Origin: Planctomycetota bacterium
Lineage (GTDB): Bacteria; Planctomycetota; B15-G4; SIAN01
Assembly: GCA_031409275.1 (NCBI GenBank)
Contig: JANNXA010000055.1
Coordinates: 320,001 to 384,000 of the forward strand
Direction: 5' to 3'
DNA: 64,000 nucleotides
The position numbers and the translations under genes are program-made. Below are positions 44,255-53,048 of this stretch, piece by piece. Within the stretch, counting starts at the first letter, position 1. Each line of letters opens with the position of its first letter. The notes beneath the pieces were generated by a model. The model worked only from the letters and a program-made list of their open reading frames with translations, ran no database searches and had not been told where the DNA came from.

Positions 44255-44284
44255 CGCGGTCCCGGCTTCACGGCTGGGACCGCG
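44255..44284. terminator. Hairpin between convergent genes
   Basis: CGCGGTCCCGGC-ttcacg-GCTGGGACCGCG (one G-U pair). Confidence 0.6.
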
Positions 44285-44293
44285 ACGCGCCGT

Positions 44294-45520
44294 TCAACCG
44301 CCGTCGGTCGGCGACAGGTTCGCATCGAGTGCCGTCGCACACGCGGGCGCAACGTCATCGTCGAGCGAGTCGAGATAGCCGGGCGGCAGCGCGACCCGCT
44401 GCGTGCCGCTCTTCTTGCAACGTCGCGCACGGATCGCGCCGAGCGGATAGGCGAGCGTGCGATCGAGCCCGACGAGGATCGCGTCGACCTCTTCGAGCGA
44501 GCTGGCACGGAACAGGTCGTTGCGCGCCGGACCGCTGTTGCGAAAGCCCTTCAGGTACCAGCCGCACCACTTGCGCATCTCGAGGACGCCCGAGCGCGCG
44601 CCGAACAGCTCGATCAGCAGCTCGGCATGCCGATGGAGGATGTCGATCACGCCACCGAGGTCGGGCGGCGTGGGCGGCTGGCGGCCGGCGAATGCATCGG
44701 CAAGTTCGCGGAAGAGCCACGGTCGCCCGAGGCACCCGCGACCGACGATGACGCCGTCGCAGCGCGTCTGGCGCATCATCGTGAGCGCATCGCTGGCGTC
44801 GTAGATATCGCCGTTGCCGAGCACTTGGATTCCCGGCGTGGCGCTCTTGAGTTCGCCAATCGCGGTCCAACGTGCCTGCCCGTCATAGAGCTGCGCGGCG
44901 GTGCGCGCGTGCAGGCCGATGGCGACGCACCCCTCCTCGCGCGCGACGCGCCCCGACGAGAGGTAGGAGAGGTGGTCGTCGTCGATGCCGAGTCGCACCT
45001 TGACCGTGACCGGCACGTCGCCGGCGGCCTTCACCACCGCTCCGACCAGCTTCGCCATCAGCCGCGGCTTGATCGGGATCGCGGCGCCGCCGCCTTGCGA
45101 AGTGACCTTGCGCACCGGGCAGCCGAAGTTGAGGTCGAGGTGGTCGACCGCCCCTTCGCCCACCAGGAGCCGCGTCGCCTCGCCGAGGTAGCGCGGGTCC
45201 GCGCCGTAGAGCTGCAACGAGCGGGGCGACTCCTCCGGGTGGAACGCCGCGAGCTGCCGGGTCTTCTGATGCCCCTCCACGAGACCGCGGGCGATGATCA
45301 TCTCGCTGACGTAGAGCCCGGCACCGAAGCCGCGGCAAAGCCGGCGATAGGCTTGGTTGGTGACGCCGGCCATCGGCGCGAGCACGACGGGCGGGTCGAC
45401 GCGAAAACGCCGGTAGTCGAGCGGCGCGAACTCCCCTGGCGCGGCGGGCACCAACGACGTCTGGCCGGCGAGTTCGTCGCCGCTATCGTCCGCGTCCACC
45501 CTGGGGAGGGTTGAATCCAT
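44294..45520 (-). CDS. dusB: tRNA-dihydrouridine synthase (DusB-type); start may be 45451
   Basis: LAPMAGVT, SEM, QLYG, DLNFGCP, VTVK.R.G, HART, NGDI, GRG.LGRPWLF, RKW. Confidence 0.92.
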   Translation of the reverse strand: MDSTLPRVDADDSGDELAGQTSLVPAAPGEFAPLDYRRFRVDPPVVLAPMAGVTNQAYRRLCRGFGAGLYVSEMIIARGLVEGHQKTRQLAAFHPEESPRSLQLYGADPRYLGEATRLLVGEGAVDHLDLNFGCPVRKVTSQGGGAAIPIKPRLMAKLVGAVVKAAGDVPVTVKVRLGIDDDHLSYLSSGRVAREEGCVAIGLHARTAAQLYDGQARWTAIGELKSATPGIQVLGNGDIYDASDALTMMRQTRCDGVIVGRGCLGRPWLFRELADAFAGRQPPTPPDLGGVIDILHRHAELLIELFGARSGVLEMRKWCGWYLKGFRNSGPARNDLFRASSLEEVDAILVGLDRTLAYPLGAIRARRCKKSGTQRVALPPGYLDSLDDDVAPACATALDANLSPTDGG

Positions 45521-45962
45521 GCGTTCCTTCATTCGTTCGCTCGTGATCGCGTGCCTGGTGGCTCCAGCGATCAGCTGCACCGGTCCGCTCGTCGCCGTCC
45601 GCGAGGAGCACCATCCGAAGGGTGGACAGTATCTCGTCTCGGCGACGATCGACGAGTGGCCCGGCGGCTTCTATTCGACCGCCATCACCATCCGCAATCG
45701 CAGCACGAAGACGCTGCGCCTCAACCCCGGCCTCTTCCGTCTCGAAGGAACGCCGCCGACCGGTTTCGTGGCCGCCGGCCCCATGGTCCTCTTCTTCGGC
45801 GAACAGGGCTACCAGATGCCCGACGCGATCGCCGCCAACAGCTCCGTCCAGGGCGAGGTCTTCTTCGAGATCCGAGGCTCCAACGTGCCGCTCGGGCCGG
45901 TGCGGCTGTTCGTGACGCTGCCGGACGGCGATCACTCCTTCGAGTTCGACCTGCTTCAGTAG
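45519..45962 (+). CDS. Hypothetical lipoprotein (Ig-like/DUF4352-like beta sandwich)
   Basis: GGAGG RBS, lipobox AISC, ITIRN.S...L.L.P..F.L..G.V.F pattern. Confidence 0.75.
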   Translation: MRSFIRSLVIACLVAPAISCTGPLVAVREEHHPKGGQYLVSATIDEWPGGFYSTAITIRNRSTKTLRLNPGLFRLEGTPPTGFVAAGPMVLFFGEQGYQMPDAIAANSSVQGEVFFEIRGSNVPLGPVRLFVTLPDGDHSFEFDLLQ

Positions 45963-45965
45963 CGC

Positions 45966-46964
45966 CTACCACTCCTGCTCGGCCTTGAGCTGCCGCCCCA
46001 TCAGGTCGCGCACCGCGCGCGATGGATCCTTGTCAGCGTGGAGCACGGCGTAGACCTGTTCGCAGATCGGCATCTCGACCTTGAGCTTCGCCGCGAGCGC
46101 GTGGACCGCTGACGAGGTCTTCACGCCTTCCGCGACCTGCTTCATCGATTGCACGATGTCGGCCACCTTCTCGCCGCGACCGACGCGGATGCCGACCGCG
46201 CGATTGCGGCCGTGCGGCGAGATGCACGACGTGATGAGGTCGCCGATTCCGGCCAGCCCGAACATCGTCTCGCGCTCCGCGCCCAGCGCGACGCTGAGGC
46301 GCGCCATCTCGACGACGCCGCGCGTGAGCAGCGCCGCTTTGGTGTTGTCGCCGAATCCCAGCCCATCGACGATGCCGCCCGCGATCGCGATCACGTTTTT
46401 CAACGCGCCGCCGAGCTCCACCCCGAGCGGGTCGCCGCTCGTGTAGACGCGGAAGCGCTCGGTGTTGAGGAGGTCTTGGATCCGCAGCGCGTGGCCGCGA
46501 TCGGCGGAGGCTGCGACGACCGTCGTCGGCATCCGTCGCGCCACCTCTTCGGCGTGGCTCGGCCCGCTCACCACCACCACCGGCACGTCGCCGAGGACTT
46601 CCCGCATGATCTGGGTCGGGCGGGCGAGCGTCTCCTGCTCGATCCCTTTGGTCGCGGTCACGAAGAGGCGACGCTTCGCGGTCAGCGGTTGCTGGTAGGT
46701 CGTCAGCATCGCGCGCAGGTACTGGCTTGGCACCACCGAGAAGACTGCGCCGTCGCCCGCCAGCGCTTGCGGATCGCTGGTGATCTCGATGCGGTCGGGC
46801 AGCTCGATCCCGGGCAAGTAGCGCGAGTTGCGGCGCGACGTCGCCATCTCGGCGCCGTAGGCCGCGTCGTGCACGAAGATGCGCACCGCGACGCCGCGCT
46901 CGTTGAGGACGAGGGCAAGCGCGGTCCCCCAACCGCCACCGCCGATGACCAGGGCGCGTTCCAT
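45966..46964 (-). CDS. gpsA: NAD(P)H-dependent glycerol-3-phosphate dehydrogenase
   Basis: GGGGWGTALA, ATKGIE, SGPSHA, GGALKNVIAI, GDN.KAAL, GDLI..C...RN, AEG. Confidence 0.96.
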   Translation of the reverse strand: MERALVIGGGGWGTALALVLNERGVAVRIFVHDAAYGAEMATSRRNSRYLPGIELPDRIEITSDPQALAGDGAVFSVVPSQYLRAMLTTYQQPLTAKRRLFVTATKGIEQETLARPTQIMREVLGDVPVVVVSGPSHAEEVARRMPTTVVAASADRGHALRIQDLLNTERFRVYTSGDPLGVELGGALKNVIAIAGGIVDGLGFGDNTKAALLTRGVVEMARLSVALGAERETMFGLAGIGDLITSCISPHGRNRAVGIRVGRGEKVADIVQSMKQVAEGVKTSSAVHALAAKLKVEMPICEQVYAVLHADKDPSRAVRDLMGRQLKAEQEW

Positions 46965-46989
46965 GGCTGCGAGCCTCCCGAAGGGATGG

Positions 46990-47616
46990 TCAGGACTGCG
47001 GCCGACCGGCGCGCGACTCCTCGCCGCGCAGCAGTCGTCCGATGTTGCTTCGATGACGAATCAAGATCAGCAAGCCGACCGCGCTGGCGGCGATCTGCAC
47101 GGCACGCTCGACCTCGATGCCAGCGAAGCGCGGCAGGAGGAAGCAGCTCGTGGGAAGCACCAGCGCGGCGACCAGCGACGCCAGCGAGACGTAGCGCGTC
47201 GGCAGGAAGACCGCGAGCCAGGCGACCAGCGCGATCAGCGCAGGCAACGGCGCCGAGGCCGCAAAAACCCCCGCCGCCGTCGCCACGCCCTTGCCGCCGC
47301 GGAAACGCAGGAAGAGCGGGAAGACGTGGCCGACGATCGCAGCCACCCCCGCCAGCAGTCCGAACGTCGCCGGCGCAAGCGTGCCGGAACCGAAGTGCTG
47401 CGCAGCGACGACCGGCGCGCACCCCTTGGCGAAGTCGAGCACGAACACCAGGAAGAAGAAGCGCCGCCCCAGCACCCGCCCGGCGTTGGTCGCGCCGATG
47501 TTGCGGCTGCCGTGCTCACGCAGATCGACCCCACGCAGGCGCCCGACGTAGAGGCCGATCGGCAGCGACCCGACGAGGTAGCCCGAGAGCAACAGGAGTG
47601 GATCGGTAGCGGTCAT
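46990..47616 (-). CDS. plsY: Glycerol-3-phosphate acyltransferase PlsY
   Basis: YLVGSLP, DLREHGSRNIGATN, D..KG, GH.FP.F..FRGGKGVAT, HRSNI.RL. Confidence 0.96.
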   Translation of the reverse strand: MTATDPLLLLSGYLVGSLPIGLYVGRLRGVDLREHGSRNIGATNAGRVLGRRFFFLVFVLDFAKGCAPVVAAQHFGSGTLAPATFGLLAGVAAIVGHVFPLFLRFRGGKGVATAAGVFAASAPLPALIALVAWLAVFLPTRYVSLASLVAALVLPTSCFLLPRFAGIEVERAVQIAASAVGLLILIRHRSNIGRLLRGEESRAGRPQS

Positions 47617-47733
47617 GCGCCTCGCTTGGAAAAGGGCGGCGAGCATACGGTTGCGTCGCGGCCATCGCGCGTTGCCGGGCCGCACGACGAGCGCCGGGCT
47701 ACCATGCGCGCCCCTTCCTGGAGCCCGCGATCC

Positions 47734-48732
47734 ATGCCCGCCACCCCGTTGCTCTTCGTTGGCCTCGGCCCGATCGGCCGTTCGACCCTCGGCTGCGCGC
47801 TCGCCCGGCGCGGCTTGAAGGTGGTGGCCGCCTGCGACGCCGATCCCGCGCTCACCGGCAAGCGCCTCTCCGAGCTCGTCGCGGGCGCGCCGAAGTCGGT
47901 GAAGGTCGTGGCCACCCTCGCCGCGCTGCCGCGCCTGCCGCGCGGGACGGTCGCGATCGTCTGCACCAGCTCCTCGCTCTCCGCCACGGCCGCGACCTTC
48001 CGTGCGTTGCTCGCGAAAGGCATCCACGTGGTGTCGAGCTGCGAAGAGCTGGTCTTCCCATTCCTGCGCCAACCGCGACTCGCCAAGGAGCTCGACCTTC
48101 TCGCCAAGAAGAAGAAGGTCGCGCTGCTCGGCACCGGCGTCAATCCGGGCTTCGTCCTCGATCTGCTGCCGGCGGCGCTGAGCGGCGCCTGCCTGAGCGT
48201 GACTGGCGTGCGCGCCCACCGCGTCGTCGATGCCGCGACGCGGCGCGGTCCGCTGCAGCGCAAGGTCGGCGCCGGCCGGAGCATCACCGAGTTCCGGGCG
48301 GAAGCGTCGGCGGGCCGGTTGGGCCACGTCGGACTGCCGGAGTCGGCGCAGCTCCTGTGTCGGGTGCTCTGCTTCGGCAAACCGGCGATCGAAGAGACGC
48401 TGAAGCCGGTCGTCGCCACCGCGACGATCGAGACGCCATTCGTGCGCGTCGAGGCCGGCCAGGTCGCTGGCATCGACCACCGGCTCGTGGCCGTCGCGCC
48501 GCGCGGCCGCGTCGAGCTCCATCTGCAGATGTACGTCGGCGCCCCCGACCCGCGCGACACGATCTGCATCGATGGCGAGCCAGCGCTGCAGCTCACCATC
48601 GGCGGCGGCACACCGGGCGACCTCGCCACCGTCGCCGCGTTGCTCAACGCCGCGCCGGCGCTCGCTTCCGCGGCACCCGGCCTGCGCACCGTGATGGAGG
48701 GGCCGTTCCCGCTTTGCCGCGCGCTCTCGTAG
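47734..48732 (+). CDS. DapB-like NAD(P)H oxidoreductase (2,4-diaminopentanoate/amine dehydrogenase family)
   Basis: GLGPIG, VVSSCEEL, GTGVNPGF..D, RR.PLQ.KVG.G, GHVGL.ES, I.GG..GD.AT. Confidence 0.8.
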   Translation: MPATPLLFVGLGPIGRSTLGCALARRGLKVVAACDADPALTGKRLSELVAGAPKSVKVVATLAALPRLPRGTVAIVCTSSSLSATAATFRALLAKGIHVVSSCEELVFPFLRQPRLAKELDLLAKKKKVALLGTGVNPGFVLDLLPAALSGACLSVTGVRAHRVVDAATRRGPLQRKVGAGRSITEFRAEASAGRLGHVGLPESAQLLCRVLCFGKPAIEETLKPVVATATIETPFVRVEAGQVAGIDHRLVAVAPRGRVELHLQMYVGAPDPRDTICIDGEPALQLTIGGGTPGDLATVAALLNAAPALASAAPGLRTVMEGPFPLCRALS

Positions 48733-48738
48733 CCACGG

Positions 48739-50622
48739 TCAACGCTTCGCCGCAAGCCGCAGCAGTCCGCGGCTGGCATCGAGCGACAGGTCGAAGTGCT
48801 CGAGGAAGTTGAGGCCGATCAACGCCTCTCCGCCCCCGTCGTCCTGCAGCGGAAGGACGACGGCCTCGACTTCGGTGACGCGCGCGCCTTGCAGGTCGAT
48901 GCTCTCGAGCAGCACCACCGGTGCCTCGAGGCGCCCGCTCGCCGTGGTCACCGTGACGCGCCGAAGCGGTCGCTTCCGATCGACCTTCAGGCGATCCGCG
49001 AGTCCTTCGCTGATGGCGGTGAGCGAAGCGCCGGTGTCGACGATCACCAGCGCCTCGACGCGATCGCCGAATCGAGCGCTCGCGCGGATCGCGCCGCCGG
49101 CTCGATCGAATCGGATCTCCACCGCATCTCCGTCGTCCGCGACCGCCACCGGAGCCAACGAGGCGAGCAGCGCGGCGAGCGACTCCGCCTGCCGCTGATC
49201 GAGGCTCGCCACCTTCTCGAGCACGATGCGCGCGCGATTGCGATCGCCGAACTCGTAGTACGCGAATCCGAGCGACTGCAACAGCTGCGGTTCTTCGCGA
49301 AAACGCTGCAGCCCCTCTTCGAGCAGGGCGATGGCGTCGGCAGGGCGTCGCTGCGCGCGCGCCGCCTCGCCAGCATGCAGGTAGGCGCTTCGCAAGGCGT
49401 CGACGAGCGGACCGTCGCTGGCGCCGGAGATGCGAGCGGCATCGACGAAATAGGGCAGCGCCCGCTCGGCTGCGCCCTCGTCGAGCAACGCCAGCGCGAA
49501 CGCGTGCAGGATGCGTGGCTCGCGGTCGAAACGGCGCGCCGCGCGATCCAGCGACTCGAGCAGGCCGGCCACCGCGTCGCGCGCTCGCGCGCCGCGCAAC
49601 GCCAGCTCGACCACCGCCGTCACGGGCCGAACCAGGACTTCGCGCAGCCCAGGGTCGAGATCGAGTGCCGCGAGGTAGCGCTCGAGCGATGCGTCGTAGT
49701 GGCCGCCAGCGGCGTACCACGTGGCGAGCGCGCGCTGCGCGACCGGATCGCGCGCGAACAACGACTCCTGCATCGCCGTTAGCTCGACTGGGCGAGCACG
49801 CCCCTGCCGCTCGATCACGCCGGCGATCGTCACGACCGTCGCACGCCCTTCGACCGTCGCCCGCGCGAGCCCGACCAGACGACCGCGCGCATCGCAAAGG
49901 AATCGCTGCTCGAGCGGAGCGTCGCTCGTGACGACGAGCAGGCGATCGCGTTCGTCACGCTCGACCACGGAGGCGATCGTTCCCGCGCCCGTCGCGCCGC
50001 CGCCCGCAAGTTCGAGCGGCGTGCCAATCGGCAGCTCGCTCCATGGCGCCAACGTCGCGCGGAGATCGACTGGCGCCGGCGCTTCGAAACAGGCGAGGTC
50101 GTTGCCATCGACGGTGAGGAGCTGCGTGGGCGGCTCCCCTTCGAGTTCGACCGCCCCGACCCACGCCGCCAACGGTGTGATCCACAGGGCGCGCGTCCCG
50201 TCGTCGACCACGAACCCCTCGATCGACCGCAACCGGCGACCGGCCGCATCGCGGCTGAAATGGGGCACTGCGACGAGCGGCGCGCGCGGCGCTTCGATGG
50301 CCGCCGCATCCGGTGGCGCTGGGAGGGAACTTTTGTCGGCGGGTTCGACGTCCAACGCGGCCGTGGACGACGGCGTCGCAGGCGCGGCGGGCGGCCTCCT
50401 CTGGGCAGAGGTCGCATCGAGAGCACGTTCCGAAGCCGTGCTCGAACCGACGCGCCACGCCGCGGCCGCCGCCAGGACGACGACCGCACTCATCGCGACC
50501 GTCCAGCGCGTCCGGCGCCGACGCGCCGCCGGCGTCAGAAACGACGTGCCGCAGGCACTGCAACGGCGCGCCCCGATCGGGAGTGCCGTCAAGCACGAGG
50601 GGCAGCGGCTGGAGAAGTTCAT
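48739..50622 (-). CDS. Zinc-ribbon + TM + degenerate trypsin-like + TPR + retropepsin-like aspartic protease
   Basis: CPSC..CSACG, TM helix, TPR-like helices, IVDTGAS and LIGLNFL clan AA motifs. Confidence 0.8.
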   Translation of the reverse strand: MNFSSRCPSCLTALPIGARRCSACGTSFLTPAARRRRTRWTVAMSAVVVLAAAAAWRVGSSTASERALDATSAQRRPPAAPATPSSTAALDVEPADKSSLPAPPDAAAIEAPRAPLVAVPHFSRDAAGRRLRSIEGFVVDDGTRALWITPLAAWVGAVELEGEPPTQLLTVDGNDLACFEAPAPVDLRATLAPWSELPIGTPLELAGGGATGAGTIASVVERDERDRLLVVTSDAPLEQRFLCDARGRLVGLARATVEGRATVVTIAGVIERQGRARPVELTAMQESLFARDPVAQRALATWYAAGGHYDASLERYLAALDLDPGLREVLVRPVTAVVELALRGARARDAVAGLLESLDRAARRFDREPRILHAFALALLDEGAAERALPYFVDAARISGASDGPLVDALRSAYLHAGEAARAQRRPADAIALLEEGLQRFREEPQLLQSLGFAYYEFGDRNRARIVLEKVASLDQRQAESLAALLASLAPVAVADDGDAVEIRFDRAGGAIRASARFGDRVEALVIVDTGASLTAISEGLADRLKVDRKRPLRRVTVTTASGRLEAPVVLLESIDLQGARVTEVEAVVLPLQDDGGGEALIGLNFLEHFDLSLDASRGLLRLAAKR

Positions 50623-50784
50623 GCGGAGGTTTCTTCCCGCCGACACTCGAAGAGCGCCACGTCAGGCCGGCCGCGGTCGTCGCGCGGCCGAAGGTACACT
50701 CCGCCGGCCCGCGCGAACCGTGACGGATGACTGATCCGAATCGGCCAGCGGCACGGCCCGGTGCTTGAAAGGACCCCCTCCTCC

Positions 50785-52899
50785 ATGTTCGCCACCGCAC
50801 TCCTCCTCGGCGCCCTCTGCTTCCCAGCCGCCCAGTCGCCGCCAACGGACGACTTCACCACGAAGTCCTCGAACGGCATCACCGTCCGCTTCGACAAGTC
50901 GATCGAGATCGCGACCGCCGACCTCGACGCACTGCTCTCCTCCTTGCGCCTCACGCGCGACGCCGTGAAGGCGGCGTTGGGCATCGCGCTGCCGTTCGAC
51001 CCCGTGGTGACGGTACGACGCCGCAAGCAGCCGAAGGGGGCGTTCTACACCGATGGCGAGGACAAGATCTTCTTCGACTTTCCATCGGAGAACTACGTCG
51101 CCCGCCTGCAGCTCGGCGACGAGCGCATCGTGCGCTACGCACTGCCGTGCTACCTCCAGATCTGGCTCTACCGCTCGCTGACGTCGACGGGCGGGCTCGA
51201 TCCGCGGATCCTCGAGTCGCTCAGCGACTATTGCATGTTCATCTACAAGCGCGAGGTCGAGCGGCTGAACCCGCAGGCGAAGGCGCCCGCGAGCCCGGAG
51301 GGACCGGGAACGTGCTGGTTCCAGCTCGAGACGTACTACCCCTCCGCTACCTCGTTCATCCTGAACAATCTGTCGAGCATGAAGGTGCCGGCGCACCTGC
51401 TCGGCCAGACGCTTCGCGATCTCGCCATCGCCTCCACCGATGACCCGAAGATCGCGCAGCTCTTCGACCTCGTTTCGTCTCCTGAGCCGCTCCTCAGCGC
51501 AACCGAGTCCGAGCCGAGCCCGCCACTGGTCCCCGCGTCCGCGCTCCGCACCGGTCGCCTGGCGCTCTTCAACGGCGTGCCGTTGCTGGACGTCGCCGCC
51601 GAGCCGATTCCGCTCGCCGAGCGGATCAACGAGTTCGAGAAGGTCTTTCTCATGGCGATCACGATCTCGCCGGACAATCGCCTGCGCCGCGAGCCGCCGG
51701 GTTTGCGCGATCTCGATATCTGGCGGCTCTACTTCGAGTACCGACCGCGGGTCCTCCGGGCGCGCGACAACTTCGACTACTACCTCGTGCTGCGCGAGTT
51801 CTTCGGCCGCTTCCAGGATCGAGCGCTCGCCATGACGCCTTCGCCGTCGCTGCCGGTGACGCCGGGAACGCCCTATTGGTGCTCGGTCAGCGGCGTGAAG
51901 TTCGCGCGATCGGCTGACCGCATCTACGTCTCGCGAGTCACCCCCGAATCAGCGCCGGCCAAGGCGGGAATCCGCGCCGGTTTCGAGGTCGTCAGCGTCG
52001 ACGGACGCGCTGCGCTGCGCGTCGTGGAGCTCCTGACGAGCTTCTCGCGCCAGTTCGACTCCTGCCCCTCGATACAGCGCGCGCAGATCTTCTCGCTCGA
52101 CATGCTCCTCTCGGGGGTCCGCGACTCGAACTGCGAGATCGTGCTGCGCGACCCGGCCGCGAAACCCGATACCGCGCCCCTCAAGGCCACCCTGAAGCGC
52201 GGCCTGCCGCCCGACGCCAAGACGCCACCGCCGAGCGTCGAGTTCACGCAGCGCCCCGACCAGGTCGGCGTGATGAAGATCCATCAGTTCAGCGGCGATG
52301 CGTTGCAGCGCTTCGCGCAAGCGATCGAGACGGCGAACCAGGCCGGTCTGAAGGGAATCGTCATCGACCTGCGTGGCAACGAGGGCATGTCGTTGATCGA
52401 TTCGAAGCAGCGCACGTCGAGTGCGATGCTCGGGCGTCTGCTGCCGGTTCAGAGCGAGAAGATGGTGATCGGCAACGCCATCCGGCGCACTCAGGAGGAG
52501 TTCGACAAGACGACCTCTCAGGAGATCGTGATCGAGCGCATGCCGGGCGGCAACCCGTTCGGCGGTCGCCTCGCGCTGTTGGTCGATGGCTGGACGGGCG
52601 GCGAGTCGGAGTGGTTCGCGCTCGGCTTCCAGCTCGCGAAGCTCGGGCTCGTCGTCGGCCAACCGACCGCCGGCAGCGTCACGGCACCGAAGACGTTCGA
52701 CCCCAAGCAGCAGTCGCTGACGGCGAGCCGAATTGACGTCAGCTTGCCGATCGCGGCGGTCTTCTGGCCGGATGGAACACTGCTGCAGACCGTCGGCGTC
52801 AAGCCGCAGGTCGAACTCGAGGTCGACCCAGCGGATCTGGTGACGGGCGTCGACACGGTGGTCGAACGGGCGGTGAAGCTGCTACTGCAGTCGCCCTGA
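50785..52899 (+). CDS. Secreted PDZ + peptidase S41-like protein, apparently lacking the catalytic Ser
   Basis: Signal peptide; PDZ (SAPAKAGIRAG..VVSVDG); IVIDLRGN, LLVD.WTGGESE.F, VVGQPTAG, GVKP. Confidence 0.8.
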   Translation: MFATALLLGALCFPAAQSPPTDDFTTKSSNGITVRFDKSIEIATADLDALLSSLRLTRDAVKAALGIALPFDPVVTVRRRKQPKGAFYTDGEDKIFFDFPSENYVARLQLGDERIVRYALPCYLQIWLYRSLTSTGGLDPRILESLSDYCMFIYKREVERLNPQAKAPASPEGPGTCWFQLETYYPSATSFILNNLSSMKVPAHLLGQTLRDLAIASTDDPKIAQLFDLVSSPEPLLSATESEPSPPLVPASALRTGRLALFNGVPLLDVAAEPIPLAERINEFEKVFLMAITISPDNRLRREPPGLRDLDIWRLYFEYRPRVLRARDNFDYYLVLREFFGRFQDRALAMTPSPSLPVTPGTPYWCSVSGVKFARSADRIYVSRVTPESAPAKAGIRAGFEVVSVDGRAALRVVELLTSFSRQFDSCPSIQRAQIFSLDMLLSGVRDSNCEIVLRDPAAKPDTAPLKATLKRGLPPDAKTPPPSVEFTQRPDQVGVMKIHQFSGDALQRFAQAIETANQAGLKGIVIDLRGNEGMSLIDSKQRTSSAMLGRLLPVQSEKMVIGNAIRRTQEEFDKTTSQEIVIERMPGGNPFGGRLALLVDGWTGGESEWFALGFQLAKLGLVVGQPTAGSVTAPKTFDPKQQSLTASRIDVSLPIAAVFWPDGTLLQTVGVKPQVELEVDPADLVTGVDTVVERAVKLLLQSP

Positions 52900-52968
52900 C
52901 CCGCCTGATCCATGAGCCCGCGCGCCGCGGCGGCCCGCGCGCCGCAGTTCGCACTTCGCTGAACCCCA

Positions 52969-53018
52969 AAACGCCACACGCCGCCCGCGGGACTCCCTGC
53001 GGGCGGCGTGTGGCGTTT
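52969..53018. terminator. Bidirectional intrinsic terminator
   Basis: 20-bp perfect arms AAACGCCACACGCCGCCCGC / GCGGGCGGCGTGTGGCGTTT between convergent genes. Confidence 0.85.
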
Positions 53019-53048
53019 CGCTCGAACGTCGATCAGAACGAACGTCGA

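Noticed and set aside
50748..50766. sigma54 promoter CGGCACGGCCCGGTGCT before the S41-like gene
   Set aside because: GG-to-GC spacing is 11 nt rather than the required 10.
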